A DNA stretch of 64,000 bases from an uncultured Candidatus Binatia bacterium (lineage in GTDB: Bacteria; Desulfobacterota; Binatia; DP-6). Location: assembly GCA_964404165.1 (NCBI GenBank), contig CAYOIZ010000003.1, positions 116,940 through 180,939 on the forward strand, in the 5' to 3' direction. A program made the position numbers and the translations under genes. The notes under the pieces were generated by a model. That model did no database searches. It saw only the letters and a program-made list of their open reading frames with translations, and had not been told where the DNA came from. Numbering within the stretch: position 1 is the stretch's first letter; each line of letters begins with the position of its first letter. This document shows positions 18,684 to 28,726 of the stretch, piece by piece.

Positions 18684-21458
18684 GTGAATTTCACCTATCG
18701 TCTCCAGCTCCACGCCCGCTTCGGCTTCGCCGCGGCGCGCGACGCGGTGCCGTACCTCCACGCCCTGGGCGTGACCCACTGCTATCTCTCACCCATCCTG
18801 CGCGCCGGTCCGGGGAGCACGCACGGCTACGACACCACCGACCACGCCATGCTCAATCCGGAGCTCGGCAGCGACGACGACTTCGCCGCCCTCGCCGCGA
18901 CGGCGGCGGCGCACGACATGGGGCTCGTCGTCGACATCGTCCCGAACCACATGAGCGCCGACGCCGCGGAGAACCGCTGGTGGCGTGACGTCCTGCGCCA
19001 CGGACGCGCGTCGCCGTGGGCCGACGCCTTCGACATCGACTGGGAGCCGGTGAAGGACGAGCTGCAGGGTCGCATCCTCCTCCCGGTGCTCGGGGCGCCA
19101 TACGGCGAGGTGCTCGAGCGCGGCGACCTCGCTCTGGTGCTCACCGACGGTGAGGCCTCGGTGCGCGGCCCGGGGATCGACGTGCCCATCGACCCGCGCG
19201 AGCTGCCCCGGGTGCTGGAGCACGACATCGAGTCGCTGCAGGCGCGGCTCGGCGACGACGACCCCGCCCTCCACGAGCTGCAGAGCATCATCACGGCGTT
19301 GCGGCACCTGCCGGCCCGCAGCGAGACCGACCCGACCCGCATGCGGGAGCGGCAGCGCGAGACCGACGTGACCCGCGAACGCCTGCGGCGCCTCCTGACC
19401 GACGCCCCCGCCGTGCGCACGCACGTGGACGCGGCAGTGGCTGCGCTGCGCGGCACCCCCGGCCGACCGGAGACGTTCGACGCGCTGCACGAGCTCCTCG
19501 AATCCCAGGCGTATCGGCTGGCGCACTGGCGTACCGCATCGCACGAGATCAACTATCGGCGGTTCTTCGACGTGAACGGGCTCGCCGGCCTTCGCATGGA
19601 GGTGCCGGCGGTGTTCGACGCCACGCACGCGCTCATCGGTCGCCTGGTCGCCGACGGACGGGTCGCGGGCGTGCGCATCGACCACATCGACGGCCTCTTC
19701 GATCCGGCCGCCTATCTGGAACGCCTGCGCCGTCACCTCGGCCCCGACGTCTGGCTCGCGGTGGAGAAGATCCTCGGCGCCGACGAGCAGCTGCCGCGCG
19801 ACTGGCCCGTCGCCGGCACCAGCGGATACGACTTCCTGAACGACCTGAGCGGCGTGTTCGTCGACGGCCGCAGCCGGCGCGCCCTGCTCCGCACCTGGCA
19901 GCGCTTCACACGGTCGCGCGCCGCGTTCGACGACGTCGTCCTCGCCAGCAAGCGGCACATCATGGACACCAACATGGCCAGCGAGCTGAACGTGCTGGCG
20001 CGGGCGCTGAACCGTCTGTCGGAACGCGACCGCCGGACCCGTGACTTCACGCTGAACGCGCTCCGCCAGGCGCTGCGCGAGGTCGTCGCGGCGTTCCCGG
20101 TCTACCGCACGTACGTGACCGAGCGCGGCGCGACGGCGACCGATCGCGCGGCGGTGGCCACCGCCGTGTCGCGCGCGCGGCGCCGCAATCCGACGTTCGA
20201 TCGCTCCCTGTTCGCGTTCCTCGAGGACGTGCTGCTGGCGTCGCCCGACGAGCCGGAGCGGCTCGCCGTCGCCATGAAGGTGCAGCAGTACACGGCGCCC
20301 GTGCAGGCGAAGGGTGTCGAGGACACGGCCTTCTACCGCTGGGCCCCCCTCGCGTCGCTGAACGAGGTCGGGGGCGATCCGGATCGGTTCGGCCTGGCAC
20401 CCGCCGACTTCCATGCCCGCAACGCGCGCCGCCACGTCGAGTGGCCGCAGGCGATGCTGGCGACGTCGACGCACGACACCAAGCGTGGCGAGGACGCGCG
20501 CGCGCGCCTGCACGCGCTCTCCGAGCTGCCGCGCGAGTGGAGCCGCCACCTCTCGGCGTGGGCGCGCACGAACGGCGCCAACCGCACCCGCCTCGACGAC
20601 GGTCCCGCCCCGGCCCGCGCCGACGAGTACCTCGTCTATCAGACGCTGCTCGGCATCTGGCCGGCGGGGGCCGTGGCGGTGCCCGACGGCTTCGTCGAGC
20701 GCGTGCGCGAGTACCTCCTGAAGGCGGTGCGCGAGGCCAAGGTGCACACGAGCTGGACCGTCGCCGACGAGGCCTACGAGGCCGCGCTCGTGCGCTTCGT
20801 CGAGCGCACGCTCACGGGGCCGACGTCGACGCGGTTCCTCGCCCAGTTCCTGCCGTTCGCGGCCACCGTCGCGCGCCTCGGCATGGTGACGTCGCTGGCG
20901 CAGGTGGTGCTGAAGCTCGTCGGCCCGGGCGTGCCCGACGTCTACCAGGGCACGGAGCTGTGGGACCTGACGCTGGTCGATCCCGACAACCGCCGCCCCG
21001 TCGACTTCGCGCAGCGCCGGCACGACCTGGAGGCGCTCGACGCCGCCGGCCCCGGCGTGATCCGCGAGCTCGTCGCGAGCTGGCCCGACGGCCGCATCAA
21101 GCTCGCCGTCACCGCGCGTGCCGGTCGGCTGCGCCGCGATGCCGCCGCGCTCTTCCTCGACGGCACGTACGAGCCGCTCGCGGTCACCGGCGCGCAGGCC
21201 GACCACGTCGTCGCCCTGGCACGGCGTCTCGGCGACGAGACCGTCGTCGCCATCGTGCCGCGACTCGTCGCCGGGCTCACGAGCGACGAGCACCCGCTGC
21301 CGCTCGGGCCGGAGGCGTGGGGCGACACGCGGGTCGGCACCGGCGCCCTCGCCCTGCGCGACGTCCTGAGCGGCGCCACGCACGATGTCGGTGCCGACGG
21401 CCTCCGCGTGGCCGACGTCCTGGTCGACTGTCCGGTGGCGCTGCTCTACACGCGCTGA
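18684..21458 (+). CDS. treY: malto-oligosyltrehalose synthase (GH13)
   Basis: TreY N-terminus (VNFTYRLQLHARFGF...YLHALGVTHCYLSPIL...GYD) and the expected ~920-aa length. GTG start. Confidence 0.9.
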   Translation: MNFTYRLQLHARFGFAAARDAVPYLHALGVTHCYLSPILRAGPGSTHGYDTTDHAMLNPELGSDDDFAALAATAAAHDMGLVVDIVPNHMSADAAENRWWRDVLRHGRASPWADAFDIDWEPVKDELQGRILLPVLGAPYGEVLERGDLALVLTDGEASVRGPGIDVPIDPRELPRVLEHDIESLQARLGDDDPALHELQSIITALRHLPARSETDPTRMRERQRETDVTRERLRRLLTDAPAVRTHVDAAVAALRGTPGRPETFDALHELLESQAYRLAHWRTASHEINYRRFFDVNGLAGLRMEVPAVFDATHALIGRLVADGRVAGVRIDHIDGLFDPAAYLERLRRHLGPDVWLAVEKILGADEQLPRDWPVAGTSGYDFLNDLSGVFVDGRSRRALLRTWQRFTRSRAAFDDVVLASKRHIMDTNMASELNVLARALNRLSERDRRTRDFTLNALRQALREVVAAFPVYRTYVTERGATATDRAAVATAVSRARRRNPTFDRSLFAFLEDVLLASPDEPERLAVAMKVQQYTAPVQAKGVEDTAFYRWAPLASLNEVGGDPDRFGLAPADFHARNARRHVEWPQAMLATSTHDTKRGEDARARLHALSELPREWSRHLSAWARTNGANRTRLDDGPAPARADEYLVYQTLLGIWPAGAVAVPDGFVERVREYLLKAVREAKVHTSWTVADEAYEAALVRFVERTLTGPTSTRFLAQFLPFAATVARLGMVTSLAQVVLKLVGPGVPDVYQGTELWDLTLVDPDNRRPVDFAQRRHDLEALDAAGPGVIRELVASWPDGRIKLAVTARAGRLRRDAAALFLDGTYEPLAVTGAQADHVVALARRLGDETVVAIVPRLVAGLTSDEHPLPLGPEAWGDTRVGTGALALRDVLSGATHDVGADGLRVADVLVDCPVALLYTR

Positions 21459-22312
21459 GTGTCGGCCGGCTCGTCGATGACGCGGTTCTCGATGACGCCG
21501 ATGCCCTCGATCTCGATGCGCACGACGTCGCCCGCCTTGAGATAGCGCTTGATCGGTCCGCCGACGCCCGACGGCGTGCCCGTGGAGACGATCAAGCCCG
21601 GCTCGAGCGTGAAGACGGTGGAGAGCGTCGCCACCATGTCGAAGCAGTCGAAGATGAACTCGCGCGTGTTCGAGTGCTGGCGCTGCTCGCCGTTGACCCA
21701 CGTCCACAGGTCGAGCCCATGCGGATCGATGGCATCCGACGTCACGATCCACGGGCCGATCGGGCCGTGGGTGTCGAACGACTTGCCGAGCGTCCACGTC
21801 GGCGCCTTGAACTGCCAGTCGCGCACGCTGACGTCGTCGACGACGAGGTACCCGGCGATGACCTCGTGCGCCCGCTCCTTCGGGACATGGCGACAGCGCT
21901 TGCCGATGACGAAGCCGAGCTCTCCTTCGTAGTCGAGCTTGCTCGAGATGCGGGGCAGGTGGATCGGGTCGAACGGCCCGGTGACGCAGGCCGACTGCTT
22001 GTTGAAGAAGAGCGGGAACTTCGGCGTCTCGAGCCCGGCCTCCTTGATGTGGTCGGCGTAGTTCAGGCCGATGGCCAGGAACTCGGGCGGGCGCCGCACG
22101 GGCGCCTCGAGTCGGACGTTCTCGAGCGCCAGCCGCGGCCCCGGCTTGTCGAGCGCCGCGCGCGCCGCGGCGAGCGCGTCCTCGCCGGCTTCCAGGAAGG
22201 CGATCATGTCGCGCGGCAGCTCGGGGGCCACCGCGGCCAGGTCGACGATCTCCTCGCGATCGACGACGCCGAGCCGGGTCGTCGCACCGTGGCTGAAGGT
22301 GGCGAGCTTCAT
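21446..22312 (-). CDS. fumarylacetoacetate hydrolase (FAH) family protein
   Basis: FAH fold motifs (GLNYADH, YEGELGFVIGK, GTPSGVG). The ATG overlaps the bcp stop. Confidence 0.85.
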   Translation of the reverse strand: MKLATFSHGATTRLGVVDREEIVDLAAVAPELPRDMIAFLEAGEDALAAARAALDKPGPRLALENVRLEAPVRRPPEFLAIGLNYADHIKEAGLETPKFPLFFNKQSACVTGPFDPIHLPRISSKLDYEGELGFVIGKRCRHVPKERAHEVIAGYLVVDDVSVRDWQFKAPTWTLGKSFDTHGPIGPWIVTSDAIDPHGLDLWTWVNGEQRQHSNTREFIFDCFDMVATLSTVFTLEPGLIVSTGTPSGVGGPIKRYLKAGDVVRIEIEGIGVIENRVIDEPADTQRV

Positions 22313-22800
22313 TTGCCGAGGCGGCGGAGCGTCTCGAGCGCTTCCGGGATGTGCTGCGTCGCCTTCAGCTGCGAATTGAAGACGTGGCGCACGGTGCCGT
22401 CCTTGTCGATGACGAAGGTGACGCGTCCCGGCAGCACGCCGAGGCTCGCGGGCACCTTGTAGGCCTTGCGGAGCTTGCCCCCTTTGTCGGACAGCAGGAT
22501 GAACGGCAGCTTGTACTTCTCGGTGAACTTGCGGTGCGACTCCTCGCTGTCCGAGCTGACGCCGATGACCTCCGCGCCGATGTCGCGGAACTCCTCGTAG
22601 CTGTCGCGGAACGCGCACGACTCCTTGGTGCAGCCGGGGGTGTCGTCCTTCGGGTAGAAGTAGAGCACGACCGCCTTCTTGCCGCGGAAGTCCTGGAGGC
22701 GCACCGGGTTGCCGTTGCGGTCGGGCAGCTCGAAGTCCGGCGCCTTCTCGCCCACGCCCAGCCCCGGCGATCCTCCACCGAACAGATCGAGCAGTCCCAT
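22309..22800 (-). CDS. bcp: peroxiredoxin Bcp (thioredoxin-dependent thiol peroxidase)
   Basis: Active-site motif (FYPKDDTPGCTKESCAF) with a resolving Cys. Confidence 0.9.
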   Translation of the reverse strand: MGLLDLFGGGSPGLGVGEKAPDFELPDRNGNPVRLQDFRGKKAVVLYFYPKDDTPGCTKESCAFRDSYEEFRDIGAEVIGVSSDSEESHRKFTEKYKLPFILLSDKGGKLRKAYKVPASLGVLPGRVTFVIDKDGTVRHVFNSQLKATQHIPEALETLRRLGK

Positions 22801-22846
22801 GCCAGTTCCCTCCGAGCCAGCGCCCTAGCACGGGGCGCCGCGGGCG

Positions 22847-23131
22847 TCACGCCTCGACGGTCACGCCCCGCCAGAAGGCGACGTGGTTGGCGATGTTGGC
22901 GGCGGCGGGCTTCGGGTCGGGGTAGAACCACGCCGCGTCGCCGTTCGTCTGCCCATCGACCACGACGTCGTAGTAGCTCGCCACGCCTTTCCAGCCGCAG
23001 GTGGTGTGCGTCGCGCTCTCTCGGAGATACTCGCGCTTCACGGCGTCGGGCGGGAAGTAGCAGTTGCCCTCGACCGTCTCGCAATGGTCGCTCTCGGCAA
23101 TGACCGTTCCCTTCCAGATGGCTTTCGGCAT
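22847..23131 (-). CDS. DUF427 domain-containing protein
   Basis: Classic DUF427 sequence (VIAESDHCETVEGNCYFPPDAV...CGWKGVASYYDVVVDG...AWFYPDP). Confidence 0.8.
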   Translation of the reverse strand: MPKAIWKGTVIAESDHCETVEGNCYFPPDAVKREYLRESATHTTCGWKGVASYYDVVVDGQTNGDAAWFYPDPKPAAANIANHVAFWRGVTVEA

Positions 23132-23197
23132 GCGACCGACCTTCGCGGACGCGTCCGGCATTGGCAAGGGGGCCGGACCGATGGTACGAGGCGCGCC

Positions 23198-23338
23198 ATG
23201 GCGGATGGGACGGTGGTGCGGGAGTGTCGCGAAGCGTGCCCGGTGTGCGACGGACGCGTGGTGCCGATGCGCGGGAAGCTCATCTGTGAGCGCTGTCGGG
23301 CGATCGTCGAGACGTGCTGCGACGGCGGGCGACAGTGA
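23198..23338 (+). CDS. small zinc-ribbon protein (46 aa)
   Basis: Two CxxC pairs (CPVCDG...CERC) and a GAGG RBS 8 nt upstream. Shorter than the ORF-track length cutoff. Confidence 0.35.
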   Translation: MADGTVVRECREACPVCDGRVVPMRGKLICERCRAIVETCCDGGRQ

Positions 23339-23438
23339 TGGCGCCGCCACCGACCATCGCTACCTAACAGGCAAGAGTCCACATTGACCGGTTTCCCTTC
23401 GAGGTGGTACATCCCGCCGCTCTCGGGAGGGACGTCGC

Positions 23439-26348
23439 ATGCTTCGCATCGCCTCGCTCATGGCCGTCGCCCTGGCGGCACTCACGTCGGGCCGCGCGGA
23501 CGCGCAGCTGTGCAACATGTCGGGGACGTGGCCGACGCCCTTCGGGACGTGGTCCATCCGCGACGACGGCGCCGGGACGCTGACGGGCATCATGTCGAAC
23601 GGCGGCAACGCCACCGTCGCCACCGCGCTCACGGGGACGCGGAGCGGCAGCGACGTCACGATCGTCGGTGGCACGACCACCGTCGGCGGCACGCTGACGA
23701 CCTGCGACACCTTCACCTGGACCACGCCCGTGGCGACGACGATCCATCGTGCCTCGCAGAGCTACTGCGGCGACGCGGTCATCGGCGCAGGCGAGGAGTG
23801 CGACGACGGCAATTTCGTGAACGGCGACATCTGTACGGTCCTGTGCACGTCCGCGCGATGCCGGAACTTCGTCATCGAAGGGACCGAGCAGTGCGACGAC
23901 GGCAACGCCACCAACGGTGACGGCTGCTCGGACGACTGCCGGACGAACGTCTGCGGCAATTCCACCATCGAGCCCGGCGAGCAGTGCGACGACGGCAACC
24001 TGACGAACGGCGACGGCTGCTCGACGACGTGTCAGACGAACGTCTGCGGCAACGGGACGATCGAGTCGGGCGAGACCTGCGACGACGGCAACACCATCCC
24101 CAACGACACCTGTTCGGCGACCTGCCAGTTCCTCGGCTGCAACGTCACGGGGACCTGGGGGTCCAGCAGCCTCGTGCCGATTCTTTGGAACTTCAGGGAG
24201 GATGCCGGTGGAAGCATCACCGGCAACTACAACTTCGCCGGGGCGGGCCCGGCCTTCGTGCGCTTCGTCGACGCGTCGCGCATCGGCACCGCCATCATCG
24301 ACATCCCGTTCACCACGGGTGCGACGATGCTCACGTGCGATCAGATCGAGACGGTCGGAAGCCCCCTGGGCTGGCTGCAACGCGTCTCCGCCACCTACTG
24401 CGGTGACGGCACCGTGGACCTCGGCGAGCAGTGCGACGACGGCAACTTCGTCAACGGCGACACCTGCACGGGCATCTGCACCCTCGCCGCCTGCGGCAAC
24501 GGCGTCCGCGAGTTGGATGAGCTGTGCGACGACGGCAACGGCACCAACGGCGACGGCTGCTCGACGACGTGCGAGCCCAACGTGTGCAGCAACGGCGTCA
24601 TCGAATCGGGCGAGCAGTGCGACGATTCGAACCTCGTCCCCGGCGACGGGTGCTCGCCGACCTGTCAGATCAACGTCTGCGGCAACGACGTGATCGAGTC
24701 GGGCGAGCAGTGCGACGACGGCAACACCGATCCCGACGACACCTGCTCGGCCACCTGTCAGTTCCTCGGCTGCAACGTCACCGGCGTCTGGGCCGGCTCG
24801 GCCCTCAACCTCGTGTCCTATCTCACGGAAGACGCAGGCGGCGTGATCACGGGCGTCACGTATTCCATCGGCTCGACCTCCGCGACGCCGGTGACCGGCA
24901 CGCGCGTCGGTTCCACGCTCTCGTTCGTCGGTGGATTCATGCCGGTCGCGAACGTGCTCACGACCTGCAACAGCATGAACGGTGGCGCCTTCACGCGCCT
25001 GACCGGCAGCTTCTGCGGCGACGGCGTGACCGACGGCACCGAGCAGTGCGACGACGGCAACCTGCTGATCGGCGACGCCTGCAACGCGGCGTGCCAGCTT
25101 CCCGGATGCGGCAATGGCGCACCCGATCCGCTCGAGCAGTGCGACGACGGCAATGCCGCCGACGACGACGCCTGCAAATCGAACTGCGCGCTCAACGTCT
25201 GCGGCGACGGGGTCCTGCGCACGGGCGTCGAGCCGTGTGACGCGGGCGCCGCCAACTCCTTCGATCCCGACGCGATCTGCCGCCCGACCTGCGAGCCGCC
25301 GCGCTGCGCCGACGGCGTCATCGATGCCGGCCACGGCGAGCAGTGCGACGACGCGAACGTGGCGATCGCCGACGGCTGCGACGCGAACTGCCTGAACGAA
25401 ACCGTCGTCACGGAATCCGTTCCGGCGGGCGGCAGCGTGACCACCGACCCCGGCAACACGGGGGCGACCCCCGCGGCGCCGGTGCAGACCGAGGTCACCT
25501 CTCCGAATCCGGGCCCTGTAACCCTCGTGGTCACGTCGGTCGTCCCGACGTCGCAGCCCGGCTATCAGCTGCTCGGCAAGCAGGTGAACATCATCGCGCC
25601 GCCCGCGACCGCGGCGAATCCGCTGCGGTTCGTCTTCGAGTTCGACGCCAGCGAGATCCCGCCCGATCAGGACGAGACGACGCTGGTCATGTTCCGCAAC
25701 GGCGTGACGGTCGGCGAATGTCCCGGCTCGGCCACGGCCCTGCCCGCCGGTCCCTGCGTGACGGCGCGCGAGCGGCTCGTGGACGGCGACGTCCGCCTGA
25801 CGGTGCTCACCGCGAGCGCCAGCACGTGGACGCTGGGCGTCCGGCTCGCGCAGGCGCTCACCGGCGACAAGCTCACCTTGAAGGCCAGCTCGGTGGCGGC
25901 GAAGCGCGCGCTCGTCCTGCAGACGAAGGACCCCACGCTGACACTCGGCGCCGGCAACGGCGGCGCCGACGACCCGGTCCTGCACGGCGCCAGCCTGCGA
26001 GTCGTCACGACGGACGGCTGCGGCGGACCGTGCGATGCGACCTACGAGCTGCCGGCCGCGGGCTGGCGCTACGTCGGCGCCCCGGGAGCCAACGGCGGCT
26101 ACAAGTACAGGGACGCGGCACTGCTCCATGGCCCGATCAAGACGGCGGCCATCAAGGCAGGCAAGCTCGCGAAGGTGAGCGGCAAGGGTGCCGGACTGAC
26201 GCACACGCTGGCGACCGATCCGCGCCCGGTGACGGTCACGGTGCGCGTCGGCGCGAGCAGCGCGTGCATGGTCTTTGGCGGCACGACGAAGTTCGTTCCC
26301 GCCAAGGCGTTCTCCGCGAAGAAGGCCCCCGTCGGCGACTGCTCGTAG
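23439..26348 (+). CDS. secreted protein with Myxococcus cysteine-rich repeats (TIGR02232-like), three-module architecture
   Basis: Signal peptide and 11 or more CGNGxIExGEQCDDGNxxxGDGCSxxC repeats. The repeats are organised as 3 x (Thr/Gly-rich beta domain + repeat block), followed by a C-terminal beta domain. Confidence 0.85.
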   Translation: MLRIASLMAVALAALTSGRADAQLCNMSGTWPTPFGTWSIRDDGAGTLTGIMSNGGNATVATALTGTRSGSDVTIVGGTTTVGGTLTTCDTFTWTTPVATTIHRASQSYCGDAVIGAGEECDDGNFVNGDICTVLCTSARCRNFVIEGTEQCDDGNATNGDGCSDDCRTNVCGNSTIEPGEQCDDGNLTNGDGCSTTCQTNVCGNGTIESGETCDDGNTIPNDTCSATCQFLGCNVTGTWGSSSLVPILWNFREDAGGSITGNYNFAGAGPAFVRFVDASRIGTAIIDIPFTTGATMLTCDQIETVGSPLGWLQRVSATYCGDGTVDLGEQCDDGNFVNGDTCTGICTLAACGNGVRELDELCDDGNGTNGDGCSTTCEPNVCSNGVIESGEQCDDSNLVPGDGCSPTCQINVCGNDVIESGEQCDDGNTDPDDTCSATCQFLGCNVTGVWAGSALNLVSYLTEDAGGVITGVTYSIGSTSATPVTGTRVGSTLSFVGGFMPVANVLTTCNSMNGGAFTRLTGSFCGDGVTDGTEQCDDGNLLIGDACNAACQLPGCGNGAPDPLEQCDDGNAADDDACKSNCALNVCGDGVLRTGVEPCDAGAANSFDPDAICRPTCEPPRCADGVIDAGHGEQCDDANVAIADGCDANCLNETVVTESVPAGGSVTTDPGNTGATPAAPVQTEVTSPNPGPVTLVVTSVVPTSQPGYQLLGKQVNIIAPPATAANPLRFVFEFDASEIPPDQDETTLVMFRNGVTVGECPGSATALPAGPCVTARERLVDGDVRLTVLTASASTWTLGVRLAQALTGDKLTLKASSVAAKRALVLQTKDPTLTLGAGNGGADDPVLHGASLRVVTTDGCGGPCDATYELPAAGWRYVGAPGANGGYKYRDAALLHGPIKTAAIKAGKLAKVSGKGAGLTHTLATDPRPVTVTVRVGASSACMVFGGTTKFVPAKAFSAKKAPVGDCS
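23700..25400 (+). repeat. in-frame tandem coding repeats (GAGCAGTGCGACGACGGCAAC... units) encoding Cys-rich repeats
   Basis: Ten or more near-identical copies of the ~75-nt unit, plus a higher-order module duplication. These are coding repeats inside the CDS at 23439-26348. Confidence 0.8.
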
Positions 26349-26509
26349 GGGAGTCACGCCGCGCTCGGCGGTCGGCACCACCATGAACCCTCCCGAGCAA
26401 GGACAGGCGGCCCGTCGACCACGATGGTCGTGTGGTCGCTGATGCCCGATTGGGAGCGACCGCGAACCGCCTCTGGCCTGCCGCGCCGCCGGTCGTGTAG
26501 GAGAACCTG

Positions 26510-26935
26510 ATGGACGAACGCGAGACACGGCTCCTGCGCAGCGCGTTTCTGGTCGGTGCGATCACGGACGCGCTGGCGCTCGTCCCCATGCTCGTCCCGG
26601 CCATGGCGTCGCTGCTCTGGGGCTTCGACGACTCCAGCGGCAGCTATCGTTTCGCCATGGGCTACGGCGCCTCACTGATGTTGGGGTGGACGGGACTCCT
26701 GCTCTGGGCGTACCGGCGTCCCGTCGAACGTCGCTTCGTGGCTGCGCTGACCGTCCTCGTGATCTACGGTCTCGTCCTCACGGAGGTCGCGGCGGTCGCC
26801 AGCGGCGCGATGCCCGCCTGGCGCATGATCCCCACGTGGATCTTGCAGGCGGGACTTCTCACCCTGTTCGCCACGGCGTTCCACTATCGAACGGTGCGGC
26901 GGTGGATCGGTCGGGGTGTCGCCTCACCGGCGTGA
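26510..26935 (+). CDS. hypothetical membrane protein (4 TM)
   Basis: Four hydrophobic segments. An AGGAG RBS precedes the ATG. Confidence 0.5.
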   Translation: MDERETRLLRSAFLVGAITDALALVPMLVPAMASLLWGFDDSSGSYRFAMGYGASLMLGWTGLLLWAYRRPVERRFVAALTVLVIYGLVLTEVAAVASGAMPAWRMIPTWILQAGLLTLFATAFHYRTVRRWIGRGVASPA

Positions 26936-26947
26936 CCTGATCCCGCC

Positions 26948-28095
26948 CTACCGCACCGCCACCAACGCCCGCACCAACGACGCGACCACCGCCTCGTCCA
27001 CCCCCGGCAGCGCCGCATCCCGCCCCAGTGCCGTCTTCAACGCGGGCGGCGGTGCGGTGACCACACCCGAGCGACGCAGCGCCCACGGCAGCGCGTCGTC
27101 GATGGCACCGATCGCGACGCGCAGCTGGTCCAACGTCGCCGTCGGCGCGACGCCGGGCGGCGTCGCCGCCTGGACCGCCTTCGCAGCGGCGATCTGCGCC
27201 CGCGCCAGCGCGACGTACGTGTCGACCTGCAGCCCCGCCTCGCGCGCCAGCACCGCCGCACGGCGCTCGACGTCCGCCTCGCGGGCCAGGTCCTCGATCG
27301 GCTTCCCCGCAGCGTGCTTCGCCGCGGCGACCATCGGCATCAGCATCAAGCGCCGCGCCATCAGGTCGACGACGCGTTCCACCGCGGGTGCCAGGGTCGG
27401 ACCCGCCGTCGATCCGAGCCACCGCGCCCGCAGCGCGGGGAGCATACCGTCGGTCTCACGGGCGATGAGCCAGTCGTCGAGCGGCCGCGCCAGCGTCGCG
27501 CTTGCCGGCGCCACCCAGTAGGCCTTGCGATCGTCCGACAGGACCGCCGCCGTGCGGTACGCGGGATCGGCCAGCAGCGGCGCCGCCTCGATGGTGTCGG
27601 TGACGATGCCGTCGACCCTCCGCTCGCGCAGCAACGCCAGCAGCTCGCGATTGTCCTCGACCAGCCGCAGCTCGACGTCGGGCAAGCGGGAACGCGCAAC
27701 GCGCTCGAGATGCCCGCCGCGATTGACGGCGACGGTGCGGGGCGGCGTCGGTGCATCCGCCGGCACGAGCAGGATCGCCTGTGCCCGCGCCACGATACCC
27801 GTCATCGTGCCGACGAGAAGCCGCTCGGGCCGCACGGTGACGCCGCTCATCGCGACGTCCACGTCGCCCCGCCCGACCATCGTCGCCAGCTCGGGCCAGT
27901 CGAACGGCACCAGCTCGAGCGGACGGCCGGCCTGCTCGGCGTAGGCCCGCGCCACCTCGACGTCGAACCCGCTCCACGTGCCGTCGGCGGCGTGGAGCGA
28001 GAACGGCGGGTAGTCGCCGCTCGACGCCACCCGCAGCGGCGGCCGCGTGCAGGCAGCGACGAGCAGCAGCAGCGCGCAGAGGAGCCGCGCCGTCA
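26948..28095 (-). CDS. lipoprotein: periplasmic binding protein family 3 domain (PheC/amino-acid-binding-like) fused to AroQ-type chorismate mutase-like domain
   Basis: GTG start and a lipobox (LLLVAAC). The N-terminal ~230 aa has an SBP_bac_3 pattern. The C-terminal ~110 aa resembles secreted AroQ (RRLMLMPMVAAAKHAAGKPIEDLAREADV...QIAAAKAVQ). Confidence 0.55.
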
Positions 28096-28701
28096 CATCT
28101 TCGCCTGGACGCGCTGCATCGCGGGACGGCCGCTGCAGCGGGCGAGCCACGCCCCGGCCTTCGGCGCGCTCGACAGGTCGATGCCGCCCATCGGCGCCCA
28201 GCCGATCACCGCCGCGACGTTGAGATCCGCCACGGTGAACGTCGAGCCCAGCAGGTACTCGCGATCCTGGAGCGCGCCCTCGAGGACGGCGAGCGGCTTC
28301 TGGAAGCGCTTGCCCGCGTCCGCGGCCTTCGCCGGATCGCGCTGATCGGTCGGGAGGAACATGCGGTGCATCAGCGCCGTCAGCACCGGCTCCTCGGCTT
28401 CGGTCATGGCCCAGATGCTCCACTGGAACGTGCGACCCTCGTCGGCGACGGACGTCGGCCAGAGCTCCTTCCCGTACTTGCGGGCGAGGTAGAGGTTGAT
28501 CGCCAGCGACTCGAAGAGCGTGACGTCGCCGTCGACCAGCGCCGGGATGTGGCCGTTGGGATTGATCTTCAGGAAGTCGGGCTTCTTGCAGTCGCCGGTG
28601 GCGAAGTGCGTCGGGACGTTCTCGTAGGGAACGCCGATCTCCTCGAGCATCCAGAGGGAGCGCATCGCGCGCGAGCCGGGCACACCGTAGAGCGTGATCA
28701 T
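28093..28701 (-). CDS. glutathione S-transferase
   Basis: GST N-terminal thioredoxin-like domain (MITLYGVPGSRAMRSLWMLEE) and a C-terminal helical domain. Confidence 0.85.
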   Translation of the reverse strand: MITLYGVPGSRAMRSLWMLEEIGVPYENVPTHFATGDCKKPDFLKINPNGHIPALVDGDVTLFESLAINLYLARKYGKELWPTSVADEGRTFQWSIWAMTEAEEPVLTALMHRMFLPTDQRDPAKAADAGKRFQKPLAVLEGALQDREYLLGSTFTVADLNVAAVIGWAPMGGIDLSSAPKAGAWLARCSGRPAMQRVQAKM

Positions 28702-28726
28702 CGTCGGTCTCTCCTTTGTCGTTGGG

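Noticed and set aside
23700-25400. Tandem near-identical ~75-nt DNA repeats that looked like a possible CRISPR array or VNTR.
   Set aside because: The repeats are in frame inside a single CDS. They encode the TIGR02232-type Cys-rich protein repeat. There are no unique spacers of constant length and no cas genes.
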